This document shows positions 49,494 through 60,391 of a stretch of 64,000 bases of DNA, piece after piece. Position 1 is the stretch's first letter. Every line of letters starts with the position of its first letter. The stretch is from an uncultured Thermoleophilia bacterium (GTDB lineage Bacteria; Actinomycetota; Thermoleophilia; UBA2241): the NCBI GenBank assembly GCA_963702475.1, contig CAVPCT010000006.1:224001-288000 (forward strand), read 5' to 3'. The translations under genes were made by a program, and so were the position numbers. A model generated the notes under the pieces. The model had not been told where the DNA came from. It did not search any database and saw nothing but the letters and a program-made list of their open reading frames with translations.

Positions 49494-49955
49494 GTGGCGC
49501 ACGTGACGACCACCGCCGTGGATCCGGAGACCGCACGGCCGTTCGGCATCTCCCGGGAGATGCGCGCATTGTCCGCCAACTACGTCGTCGAGCTGCGCGA
49601 TGGCGGGCTCGTGGGCCGCGGTGAGGCGGCGCCGAACCCGCGCTTCGGCGAGGGGCGCGAAGAGGGCGAGGGGCTGCTCGTGGATCTCGCGCCCGAGATC
49701 GCCGACGCCGAGGGTCCGGCTGCCGTCGAGACCGCCTGCGCCTGCCGCGGCGTACCGGTGCTGCTCGGCTGCATGGTCGAGTCGAGTCTCGGTGTGGCCG
49801 CGGCCCTGCAGCTCGCGGGGTTGGTCGACCACGTGGACCTCGACGGCGCTCTCCTGCTGGCCCGCGACCCGTTCACCGGGATAGAGACACGAGGCGACGT
49901 CCTCAGCGCGACGGACGCGCCGGGCCTCGGCGTGCGCCCGGTGGGCACGAAGTAG
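49494..49955 (+). pseudogene. internally deleted L-Ala-D/L-Glu epimerase (enolase superfamily)
   Basis: N-terminal PFGISR...GRGEAAP joined directly to C-terminal GCMVES...DLDG.LLL..DP..G...PGLG; central barrel missing. Confidence 0.75.
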
Positions 49956-49970
49956 CGACCGGACGGCCGG

Positions 49971-50738
49971 TCACATCGCCGCGTGCGCCCCGGCGTCCAC
50001 GTGAAGCACTTCGCCGGTTATGGCCCGTGACAGGTCGCTGAGCAGGAACACGGTGGCGTCGGCCACCTCATCGCTGGTCACGTTGCGGCGCAGCGGCGTG
50101 TGGCTCTCCAGCAGCTCGAGCATGCCGCTGAAGTCCTTGATCGTGCGCGCGGCCACAGTGGCGATGGGGCCTGCGGACACCGCGTTCACGCGGATGCCCT
50201 GCGGTCCCAGGTCGGCCGCCAGGTAGCGTACCGCGCTCTCCAGGGACGCCTTGGCCGGCCCCATGACGTTGTAGTTGGGCACCACGCGCCAGGAGCCGGC
50301 GTACGTCATGGTGACGACGGCGCCCCCCTTCGTCATCAGGCGCCGCGTCTCCCGCGCCAGGGCGATGAGCGAGTAGGAGCTGATGTCGTTGGCCTGCGCG
50401 AAGCCGTCGCGTGTGGTCTCCACGAAGCTCCCCTGCAGGTCTTCCGCGGGCGCCCAGGCGATGCTGTGCACCAGGCCGTCGAGGACGGGCATGGAGTCCT
50501 CGAGCTCGGTGACGGCACGTCGCACAGCTTGGTCGCTGCTCACGTCCAGCTCGATCATGGGGGCTCCGTCCAGCTCGTCGGCGAGGCTCTGTACGCGCCT
50601 CCGCAGGCGCTGCGCCTGGTACGAGAGCGCGACGGCGCCGCCGTGGCGCTTGACGGCCAGGGCGACGGCCCAGGCTATGGAGCGCGGATTGGCGGCGCCG
50701 GTCACGAGGAAGTTCTTGCCGTCGAGCAGGCCGGTCAT
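49971..50738 (-). CDS. fabI: enoyl-ACP reductase
   Basis: G.AN.RSIAW, VHSIA.AP, ISSYSL, TY.GS.RV.PNYNVMG.AKASLE, RVNAVSAGPI.T.AA. Confidence 0.95.
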   Translation of the reverse strand: MTGLLDGKNFLVTGAANPRSIAWAVALAVKRHGGAVALSYQAQRLRRRVQSLADELDGAPMIELDVSSDQAVRRAVTELEDSMPVLDGLVHSIAWAPAEDLQGSFVETTRDGFAQANDISSYSLIALARETRRLMTKGGAVVTMTYAGSWRVVPNYNVMGPAKASLESAVRYLAADLGPQGIRVNAVSAGPIATVAARTIKDFSGMLELLESHTPLRRNVTSDEVADATVFLLSDLSRAITGEVLHVDAGAHAAM

Positions 50739-50819
50739 GAGGTCCCCCTTTGCGACGGGGCCAGTGTATGCCTCGCCGCAGGGGCCGTCACGGACGGGGG
50801 CCGCGGCCGGCCCCGGCGT

Positions 50820-51479
50820 TCAGCGCGGCTTCTCGGCGAGCAGCAGGAACTGCCGCGCCCAGTAGTCGCGGAAGATGTAGAGCGACAGGATGAGACAGGC
50901 GGCGCGGACCGGTGCATAGCGCGTGAAGTACGGTTCCACGCGCAGTACGCGCAGGCCCGCGCCCTCGAGCAACCGCACCATGTCCCGCTTGCCGAACCAG
51001 CGCGCGTGGGTGCGGTCGAAGATGCCCGAGTCCCTGCGCGGCCAGTGCTGCAGGAGCAGGTTGGCGAACGTCCACACCTGTGCCACGTTGGGAAGGGAAA
51101 CGACCACCGCGCCGCCGGGCCGCAGGCGCTGCACGGCGCGCCCGAGCACCTGCTCCGCGTCGGCGAGGTGCTCGAGGACGTCGCTGGCGAGGATCGCGTC
51201 GAAGGGCTCGTCGCCGAGCTGCTCGGGTCGCAGCAGGGAGAGGTCGGCCTCCACGACCAGATCGAGGCGCCGGCGCGCTTCGGCGGCGGCGCCCGGGTCG
51301 CGCTCCACACCGACCACCTCGCGGGCGCCGGCGCGCTTGAGCAGCGCCCCGTTGTGACCACCCCCGCAGCCCAGGTCGAGGATGCGCAGGCCGCGTGGGT
51401 CGATCAGGGCGAGAAGGGCGGGCTTGGAGTCGCCGAAGTAGCGGCTGCGCCAGGAAGGAGCCGGGATGCCGTCGCTCAC
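50820..51479 (-). CDS. class I SAM-dependent methyltransferase
   Basis: ILDLGCGGG, VVGVE, FD.I..SDVLEHL, SLPNV, G.FDRTH.RWF. Confidence 0.85.
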   Translation of the reverse strand: MSDGIPAPSWRSRYFGDSKPALLALIDPRGLRILDLGCGGGHNGALLKRAGAREVVGVERDPGAAAEARRRLDLVVEADLSLLRPEQLGDEPFDAILASDVLEHLADAEQVLGRAVQRLRPGGAVVVSLPNVAQVWTFANLLLQHWPRRDSGIFDRTHARWFGKRDMVRLLEGAGLRVLRVEPYFTRYAPVRAACLILSLYIFRDYWARQFLLLAEKPR

Positions 51480-52523
51480 GGCAGCCGGACGGCGTAGGGA
51501 TCCGTTCCCTCAGGCAGCGCGCGAGCGATGGCCATTTCGCCGTCGAGCGTGTACACGACGGGCACGGACGAGGTGAAGAGCTCGGCCTCGGCCGTGGCCA
51601 CGATCGCCGTGGTCGTGGCCTCGCCCACCGGGCCGTCGCTCCGGCGTCGCTGTCGCGGCGGGCATCGGCGGAGCCACCGCGGAGAACGGCTGCAGCATCA
51701 CCAGGTGCAGCCGGCCGACGTCGGCCAGACGGCCGGCCATCCGGAGGTGCAGCGTGGCCGGGCTGTCGCCGCGCAGCACGCGCAGCACGACGAAGTCCTG
51801 GAAGCCGTCGGCGGCCTGCTGCGCCGTGGCCAGGACGATGACCGCGAAGTCGTTCATCTGCTCCTGGAGTGCGGACAGCCGCTCGAACGTGCCGGACGGA
51901 ACGGGGATGCCGCCGGCCATCACGACGGGACCGGCGGAGGCTGCGTCGAACGCGTCCGGACTCCGCAGCGGCGCGGTGGCCGCCACCGGCGTCGCGCCGG
52001 AGAGCGCGCCGCCGGAGGACGCGCCCTCCTGGGAGCCCCCGTCGGTCGCGCCGGAGCCTCCGGCCGACTCGTCGGACGCGCCTGCGGAGTCTGTGCTCTT
52101 GCCGCTGCGCTCGGCGACGCTCGTCTGGCTCACGTCGGCCTGGCGCTCGATCACGGAGACGCCGACCGCCACGGCCAGCGCGACGGCCGCCACCGGCGCG
52201 AGCACGCGGAGCCAGCGCCGCGAGCCGCGGCCGGCTTTTGCCGGCCGTTCCTGGCCCGGCGTGAAGTACTCCTGCAGGCCGGCCCAACGCGGGTCGCCCA
52301 GGTCGGTGTAGTCGTCGGCTGGGGTCGGCACGGCGGCGCGGACCCCCGCTGCGACCTGGTCGACCTCGGCGCGCACGGTCTCGAGTCGGCGGCCGAGCAC
52401 CGCATCGGCGTCGGCGGCCGCCTCGAGGTCGGGGTCGTCCTCGAGTCCGAGGACGTACGCCAGGAGACGGTTCTCGTCCATGTCGTCGCCGGGTTGCACG
52501 CCGTTCCAGACCTCGTCAGCCAT
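51476..52523 (-). CDS. putative anti-sigma factor (single TM); apparent frameshift near 51640
   Basis: Follows ECF sigma with overlap; LLAYVLG N-terminus, RRW..APVAAV TM; shifted frame VVYTLDGEMAIARALPEG.DPYAVRLP ends at TGA overlapping the next GTG. Confidence 0.65.
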
Positions 52524-53094
52524 CGACGACCGCCTCGCTCTCGGGTAGGGGGGCCTCTCCGTCGCGGGCGTACGCGGCGTTCGCCGTCAGGGAGCGCTTG
52601 AGCTGGCGCATGGCGCCATGAAGGCGGGACTTCACGGTGCCGACGGGGATGCCCTGGGCCGCGGCGATCTCGTCGAGCGGCAGATCGGCGAAGAAGCGCA
52701 GCGCGACGCACTCCCGCAGTTCCGGCGACAGCGCCGCCAGTGCTTCTCGAAGGGCCGGGTCGGCCGGCTCCGACGGCGGGTCGACGGAGATATCCGGGGA
52801 GATGCGCTGCAACTTGTCCATGAGGCCCAGGCGTGTCTTGCGCCTGCGACCCGCATCGCGACCCGTGTTCAGGATGACGCGGTAGAACCAGGCCAGAAAC
52901 GTCTCCTCGGCCGGGATCTGGGCGCGATACACCTTGATGAACACCTCTTGCACGGCGTCGTCTACCTCCTCGCAGAACCCCTGGAGGAAGAGGATGCGGC
53001 GCACCTGAGGGGCGTACCGGCGGAAGAACTCTGCGCGCGCTTCCGGCTGGTTCCTGCGCAGCCGGTCGACCAGCCCCTGCGGCAGCTCTTCGAT
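52516..53094 (-). CDS. ECF RNA polymerase sigma factor (start uncertain)
   Basis: DD.VQEVFIK, F.AW.YRV..N...D, L..L....RE...LR.F......EIA...GIPVGTVKSRLH. Confidence 0.9.
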   Translation of the reverse strand: MEELPQGLVDRLRRNQPEARAEFFRRYAPQVRRILFLQGFCEEVDDAVQEVFIKVYRAQIPAEETFLAWFYRVILNTGRDAGRRRKTRLGLMDKLQRISPDISVDPPSEPADPALREALAALSPELRECVALRFFADLPLDEIAAAQGIPVGTVKSRLHGAMRQLKRSLTANAAYARDGEAPLPESEAVVDG

Positions 53095-53237
53095 GAGTCT
53101 TCCTCCGCTGTGAGTGACGCCGATGCTTCCGGCGGCGTTCGGCGCGCCGGTTCGAGCAAGTATAGCGCGGTGCGCCGAGGCCGGTCGGGGCACGGCCGGA
53201 GGAGCGCGCGGCGCCTGTCCGGCCGCGCCCGGCGCCG

Positions 53238-54137
53238 TCAGGCGAAGCCGAGGCGGCGGACCTCTTCGACGAGCTCGTGGCCGCTTTGCTCGCGCACGCG
53301 GCGCCTGACCTCGTCGGCGAGCGCGACGATGTCCGCGGCCGTCGCGCCCGGCAGCGCGACGAGGAAGTTGGCGTGCTTCTCGCTGACGCGGACGCGGCCC
53401 TGCGTCAGCCCCTTGAGGCCGGCGTTCTCGATGAGGCGGGCCGCGGGCAGGTCGCGTGACGGGTTCTTGAAGTAGCTGCCGCAGGAGGCGTATTCGAGCG
53501 GGTGCTTGCTGCGGCGCAGGCCGGCATCGCCGGCGATCTCGGCGAGCAGTCCGCCCGGGTCGCCCGGCTCGAGGCGGAAGGTCGCCGAGAGCACCGTGAG
53601 CTCAGGGAGAAGCTTGAAGAGGCTGGTGCGGTAGCCGAACTCGAGATCCCGGGGTTCCTTGACGTGCTCGTTGACCCCGTCGAGCAGGTGCACGGCCATG
53701 AGCACGTCGCTCACCGAGCGGCCGTAGGCGCCGGCGTTGCCGACCACCGCGCCGCCGACAGAGCCGGGGATGTTGCCCGCGAACTCCAGCCCGGCGAGGC
53801 CTCGCGTCGCGAGCTCGGTCACGAGGGCCGGCAGCTCCACGCCGGCCTCGGCCATCAGGACGCCGTCGCCGACCGTGAACGCCTCGTTGCGGGCGAGCAC
53901 GGTGAGGCCGGGCAGCCCGGCGTCGGCGACGAGCACGTTGGTGGCGCGTCCCAGCACCGTGACGGACAGGCCGAGAGAGTGGCCCGTCTTCACGGCGTGC
54001 GCCAGCGCGCCGGTCGAGGCGGCCCGGTACAGGAGCTCCGCCGGGCCGCCGACGCCGTAGGCGCACAGCGGCGCGAGAGGTACGGCCTCTTCGAGGCCGG
54101 GCAGCTCGCGCCGCAGGATGTCCGCCGCCGCTTCCAT
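53238..54137 (-). CDS. murB: UDP-N-acetylenolpyruvoylglucosamine reductase
   Basis: GGPA, LG..TNVLV.D.G, GLEFA..IPGSVGGAV.GNAGAYG, FGYR.S, SCGSYFKNP, VSEKHANF. Confidence 0.94.
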   Translation of the reverse strand: MEAAADILRRELPGLEEAVPLAPLCAYGVGGPAELLYRAASTGALAHAVKTGHSLGLSVTVLGRATNVLVADAGLPGLTVLARNEAFTVGDGVLMAEAGVELPALVTELATRGLAGLEFAGNIPGSVGGAVVGNAGAYGRSVSDVLMAVHLLDGVNEHVKEPRDLEFGYRTSLFKLLPELTVLSATFRLEPGDPGGLLAEIAGDAGLRRSKHPLEYASCGSYFKNPSRDLPAARLIENAGLKGLTQGRVRVSEKHANFLVALPGATAADIVALADEVRRRVREQSGHELVEEVRRLGFA

Positions 54138-54160
54138 GGCACAATGGTAGCAGCGGATGC

Positions 54161-54212
54161 TTGACGTGCCCTCCCGTCGACCATAACATCCCTAAACCTA
54201 GTGATAACTAGG
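54161..54212 (+). promoter_or_regulatory. sigma70 promoter (TTGACG-17-TAACAT) followed by palindromic operator CCTAGT-GATA-ACTAGG
   Basis: -35 at 54161-54166, -10 at 54184-54189, inverted repeat at 54197-54212. Confidence 0.8.
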
Positions 54213-54241
54213 ATTTTGACACCGGGTGGTCCGGAGAGGTC

Positions 54242-55980
<1,739 letters not shown>

Positions 55981-56113
55981 TGACGCAGGCGGGGCGGCGG
56001 GGGGTCTCAGGGCGCCGGCCGCCGCCCGTCCGCTGCGCGCGGCCGGCGTCACGCTGCATCGTGCCGGTCGCTGCGGCACGCCACGGCCCTGCCTCGGCTA
56101 GAATCAGGCTCCC

Positions 56114-57316
56114 ATGACCGAGAACAAGCGCACAGCGAAAGAGATCGGCGACGTCGCCATGGGTCTCGACAGCGACGCCGGTTCCGCCGGTGTCGTCACG
56201 ACGAGGTACGTGACGTTCGACCAGCCCGGCCAGGAGCTTGCTCTCGAGGGCGGCGGCGCGCTGGCCCCGTTCACGCTCGCCTACGAGACCTACGGGTCCC
56301 TCAGCGAGGCGAAGGACAACGCCATCCTGGTGACGCACGCCCTGTCGGGCGATGCCCACGTCGCCGGTCGCCACAGCGTCGACGACAAGCGCCCGGGCTG
56401 GTGGGACATGCTCATCGGGCCCGGCAAGGGCCTGGACACCGACAGGTACTTCGTCATCTGCAGCAACGTCATCGGGGGCTGCAGCGGCTCGACCGGGCCG
56501 GCCGGCGATAACCCGGCCACCGGCCGGCCGTACGGCACCGACTTCCCCATGATCACCATCAGGGACATGGTGAACGCGCAGATCATGCTGCTCGACCACC
56601 TCGGCATCGGCAAGCTGCTGGCGGCGGTCGGTGGCTCCATGGGCGGCATGCAGGCCCTCGAACTGGCCATCTCGCACCCGGACCGCGCGCACCTGTGTCT
56701 GCCGCTCGCGACCGCAGCGCGCCAGCCCACCATGGCCATCGCCTTCAACGAGGTCGGCCGCCAGGCCATCATGGCCGATCCCAACTGGAAGGGCGGCCAC
56801 TACTACGGTGGCAAGGCGCCGGCCAAGGGTCTCAGCGTGGCGCGCATGGTCGGCCACATCACGTACCTCAGCGACGAGGCCATGGAGGAGAAGTTCGGGC
56901 GACGTCTCCAGGACATCCGCGACTACACGTTCACCTTCTCCGCCGACTTCGAGGTCGAGAGCTACCTGCGGCACCAGGGCCTGAGCTTCACCAACCGCTT
57001 CGACGCCAACACCTACCTGTACATCACGCGGGCGCTGGACTACTTCGATCTCACCCGGCAGCACGGGACGCTGGTGCGCGCCTTCCGCGACGTCAAGGCG
57101 CGCTTTCTCGTGATGGGATTCAGCAGCGACTGGTTGCACCCGCCGTACCAGCTCAAGGAGATCGTCAGCGCGCTGCGCGCGACCCACAAGCACGTGAGCT
57201 ACTACGAGGTGGAGAGCCACTACGGCCACGACGCGTTTCTGCTGGAGCGCGAGAAGATGGAGGGCATCATCGCCGCCTTTCTGGCCAGCGGCGCGCGTAC
57301 GTACGCGCTGGGCTGA
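56114..57316 (+). CDS. metX: homoserine O-acetyltransferase
   Basis: AYETYG, HALSGD.H, GWWD..IGPGK, SNVIGGC.GSTGP, GGSMGGMQ, RFDAN.Y, GHDAFL. Confidence 0.96.
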   Translation: MTENKRTAKEIGDVAMGLDSDAGSAGVVTTRYVTFDQPGQELALEGGGALAPFTLAYETYGSLSEAKDNAILVTHALSGDAHVAGRHSVDDKRPGWWDMLIGPGKGLDTDRYFVICSNVIGGCSGSTGPAGDNPATGRPYGTDFPMITIRDMVNAQIMLLDHLGIGKLLAAVGGSMGGMQALELAISHPDRAHLCLPLATAARQPTMAIAFNEVGRQAIMADPNWKGGHYYGGKAPAKGLSVARMVGHITYLSDEAMEEKFGRRLQDIRDYTFTFSADFEVESYLRHQGLSFTNRFDANTYLYITRALDYFDLTRQHGTLVRAFRDVKARFLVMGFSSDWLHPPYQLKEIVSALRATHKHVSYYEVESHYGHDAFLLEREKMEGIIAAFLASGARTYALG

Positions 57317-57338
57317 GGCGGCGAGCCGGGGAAAGACC

Positions 57339-57935
57339 ATGCAGCGCATCGACTACAAGCTCATCGAGGGGCTGGTGCCCGAGAACGCCACGGTGCTTGA
57401 CCTGGCGTGCGGCGACGGTGAGCTGCTGGCGGAGCTCATCCGCGGGAAGCATGTGCACGGCAGCGGCGTGGAGATCGACCAGGCCGCGGTGGAGAAGTGC
57501 ATCGCCCGCGGCCTCAGCGTCTTCCACGGCGACCTCGACGCCGGCCTCGCCGACTTCATGGACCAGTCGCACGACGTCGTCATCCTGAGCCTGAGCCTGC
57601 AGCAGCTGCGCCGCCCGCGCATGATCGTGCGCGAGATGGTGCGTGTCGGGCATCTCGCCATCGTCAGCTTCCCCAACTTCGCTCATTGGAGCACGCGGCT
57701 GCAGCTCTTTGCGCAGGGCCGCATGCCGGTCACCAAGGAGCTGCCCTACAAGTGGTGGGACACGCCCAACATCCACCTCTGCACCATCGAGGACTTTCGC
57801 GCGCTCTGCCGCGCGGAGGGGCTGCGCATCGAACACGAGCTTTACCTGCGTTCCGTGGACCGGCCCGCCCCGGACCGGCCGATCCTGCCGAATCTGCTGG
57901 CGCGTCTGGCCATCTTCGTCGTGACGCGTTCCTGA
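57339..57935 (+). CDS. metW: methionine biosynthesis protein MetW
   Basis: VLDL.CGDG.LL, G.G.EID, VSFPNF.HW, GRMPVT..LPY.W.DTPNIH.CTI.DF. Confidence 0.94.
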   Translation: MQRIDYKLIEGLVPENATVLDLACGDGELLAELIRGKHVHGSGVEIDQAAVEKCIARGLSVFHGDLDAGLADFMDQSHDVVILSLSLQQLRRPRMIVREMVRVGHLAIVSFPNFAHWSTRLQLFAQGRMPVTKELPYKWWDTPNIHLCTIEDFRALCRAEGLRIEHELYLRSVDRPAPDRPILPNLLARLAIFVVTRS

Positions 57936-58185
57936 CGCCGTCCGCGACCGTCCGCGGTGTGCGCCTCCCGCGCTTCGGAAGGATGTGGCGCCCGGCCGAC
58001 CGACCGACTCTCCCGCGGGCAACTGCTGAGACCCGGCGTCGGGCTTACGGTTTCCGGCTTTCGGGCACGACGGGGAGCGAGTACACTGTCTGTGCGTCCG
58101 AGGCCCGGACCTCGGCGGCACAAGAATCGCCCACCGTCTTCACCGAGCGTCGGCGGAGGGCCAAGTCATCAAAGGAGTACCGAAA

Positions 58186-58582
58186 GTGCCTCAGGGTAAA
58201 GTCAAGTGGTTCTCGACGGAGAAGGCGTACGGCTTCATCGAGCAGGACAACGACAACGACATCTTCGTGCACGTCACCGGCCTGGCCGAGGGCGTGACCG
58301 CGATCGACAAAGACATGGTCGTCGAGTATGAGGTCGAGCAGGGCCGCAAAGGCCCGCAGGCTGCCAAGGTGCGTCCCGTCACCGCGTCGGCTGCGGCTGA
58401 TGCCCCGGCCGACGATGCGGCCGACGATGCGGCCGACGATGAGGCCGACGACCAGGCCGACGATGCAGGCCGACGACGCGGCCGACGATGCGGCCGACGA
58501 TGCGGCCGACGATGCGGCCGACGACCAGGCCGACGACGCGGCCGACGACGCGGCCGACGATGTGAGTGCCGAGGCCGAGTAA
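58186..58582 (+). CDS. cold-shock domain protein with long acidic repeat tail; 1-nt insertion in the repeat near 58467
   Basis: SD AAGGAG; GKVKWF..EK.YGFI, DIFVH, G.KGPQA; removing the extra base gives (ADDA)n-VSAEAE-stop at 58582. Confidence 0.88.
58408..58564 (+). repeat. tandem repeat, 13 copies of 12-nt GCCGACGA(T/C)NNG
   Basis: Counted directly; the fifth unit is 13 nt. Confidence 0.95.
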
Positions 58583-58596
58583 CTCCAGCTCTCTCA

Positions 58597-58649
58597 GGGG
58601 GCCGACCGTCGGGGCAGTGCTCGGAGCCCGGCGGCCGGCCCCTTCTCTG
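58597..58649 (+). terminator. probable intrinsic terminator after the cold-shock gene
   Basis: GGGGCCG...CGGCCCC stem followed by TTCTCT. Confidence 0.55.
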
Positions 58650-58723
58650 CGTACGTCGGGGTGCCTTCGGCGCTCCGTGGGTACCACTGTGTGAAGACGG
58701 CGTCCGGATTCTGGAGGCAGACC

Positions 58724-59371
58724 ATGATGGCGACCACAGACGGCATCCACTGGCTCGGGCACGACTCGTTCCGGCTGGAAGGCTCCGTGACCGTGTACTT
58801 CGACCCGTGGGAGCTCGTCGAGGGGCTGCCTGCCGGTGACGTCATCCTCATCACGCACGACCACTTCGATCACCTGAGCCTGCCGGACATCGAACGCCTC
58901 TCCGGGCCGGACACCGTGGTCGTCGGTCCGGCGGCTGTGACGGCGCAGGTGCGGGGGCAGAAGACCGTGACGCTGGCGCCGGGCGGGAGCGCGCAGGTCC
59001 AAGGCGTGGGGATCACCGCGGTGCACGCCTACAACACGAGCAAGTTCAGGAAGCCGGGTGAGGTGTACCACCCGCGCGACGACGATCACGTGGGGTACGT
59101 GGTTGAGCTCGACGGGCGGCGCGTGTACCACGCCGGCGACACCGACCACATCCCGGAGATGGACGATGTCCAGTGCGACGTCGCCCTCGTGCCGGTGAGC
59201 GGGACGTTCGTGATGACCGCGGACGAGGCCGCCGGCGCGTGCGGCAGCATCTCCTCCGCCATCGTCGTCCCGATGCACTTCGACAAGATCGTCGGCAGCA
59301 GGGACGACGCCGAGAGACTCAGCGCTCTCCGCGGCGCCACCGTGGTGATCCTGCCGAACGAGAACAGATGA
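58724..59371 (+). CDS. metallo-beta-lactamase-fold hydrolase
   Basis: WLGHDSF, DP, ITHDHFDH, YHAGDT, VPMHF. Confidence 0.92.
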   Translation: MMATTDGIHWLGHDSFRLEGSVTVYFDPWELVEGLPAGDVILITHDHFDHLSLPDIERLSGPDTVVVGPAAVTAQVRGQKTVTLAPGGSAQVQGVGITAVHAYNTSKFRKPGEVYHPRDDDHVGYVVELDGRRVYHAGDTDHIPEMDDVQCDVALVPVSGTFVMTADEAAGACGSISSAIVVPMHFDKIVGSRDDAERLSALRGATVVILPNENR

Positions 59372-59381
59372 GCCGGGAGGG

Positions 59382-59600
59382 TCAGGCCTCCTCGGCCACC
59401 CACTCAAGTACCACCGCGTCTTCGGGGCACGCTTCTTCAGCGCGCTCGACGCACGGCCACAGCGTCTCGTGGGGCTCCGGCTCGAGCACGTCGGGCAAGC
59501 CGTCGTCGCGCATGAAGAAGACTTCCGGGCACACCGCCTCGCAGGCGCCTACTCCGGTGCAGCGGTCGTAGTCCACGCTCACTCTGAGTCGTCTGACCAT
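59382..59600 (-). CDS. small ferredoxin, probably [3Fe-4S]
   Basis: VDYDRCTGVGACEAVCPEVF...ACPEDAV; C-x2-V-x2-C pattern; -10 TACACT ends 6 nt before ATG. Confidence 0.9.
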   Translation of the reverse strand: MVRRLRVSVDYDRCTGVGACEAVCPEVFFMRDDGLPDVLEPEPHETLWPCVERAEEACPEDAVVLEWVAEEA

Positions 59601-59913
59601 GGCCCGAGTGTACTACCTCGGACGTCCGGCTGGCGCGTCGTTTCCGACGACGGTCGTGTGGCAACAACTGGCGTGGGGAGCTGAGCGGGACGACCCTCAC
59701 CGCACGCTGTGCCGGTCGTTCGGGGTGATGGAGCTCACCGGTCGACACCGGACGCGTCCGGTGACGTTCCGGACGGACACGGCCGGCGTGGTGCGTCGGG
59801 TGTTCCAGGCGATCCCGCCGTGCGGGCATGCACGCGACGTTCTCGAGGCCGCGCGGGAGTCGTGGGCTGAGGCGCCGCAGGCGGGCTCAGCCGGAGATCG
59901 AGAGGAGGGACGC

Positions 59914-60363
59914 GTGCTCAAAGAAGGGGACAAGGCGCCGGGAGTGACCGGCACGTCGTACGACGGGGCGACGTTCGACTTGGGGTCGCCGGGCAAGAGA
60001 ACGGTGCTGTTCTTCTACCCCAAGGCGACCACGGGCGGCTGAACCACCGAAGCCGTTGAGTTCAACGGCCTGCTGGACGAGTTCGCCGCGCTGGATGCGC
60101 AGGTGGTCGGCGCGAGTGTGGACAAGCCGGCGTCGAACGAGCGCTGGGCACAGAAGTACGACCTCAAGATGCCGCTGATAAGCGACCACGGTGACCACAC
60201 GGTGGCGGGCGCGTTCGGTGTGGCGCGCCCCATGGTGGGCGTGGCCAAGCGTACCACCTGGCTCATCGATCCCGATGGGACGTTGCGCAAGATCTACCTG
60301 AAGGTGACGGCGAAGGGGCACGCCGCCCAGGTGCTCGACGACAGCCAGGAGCTCTGGGGCTGA
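59914..60363 (+). CDS. bcp: peroxiredoxin BCP/PrxQ with in-frame TGA at the peroxidatic position (probable selenocysteine, U43)
   Basis: SD GAGGAGG then GTG; LK.GDKAP...VLFFYPKATTGG-TGA-TTEA.EF...VVG.S.D...PL.SD...R.T.LIDPDG..GHA; both halves in the same frame. Confidence 0.88.
60052..60069 (+). other. putative bacterial SECIS hairpin
   Basis: GCCGTTG-AGTT-CAACGGC perfect stem; loop starts 16 nt after UGA and has G as its second base. Confidence 0.75.
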
Positions 60364-60391
60364 CCTGAGTCCCGGACAGGCGTACGAATCG

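Noticed and set aside
55981-56113. SAM riboswitch before metX
   Set aside because: Only a GC-rich hairpin and a -10-like TAGAAT; no SAM-I/IV core motifs recognised.
58408-58564. CRISPR array
   Set aside because: Contiguous 12-nt units with no unique spacers, in-frame coding, and no cas genes nearby.
59620-59665. c-di-GMP-I riboswitch around the GAAA tetraloop
   Set aside because: Lacks the GGCAAA and GCAAAG consensus elements, and lies upstream of an apparently leaderless promoter.
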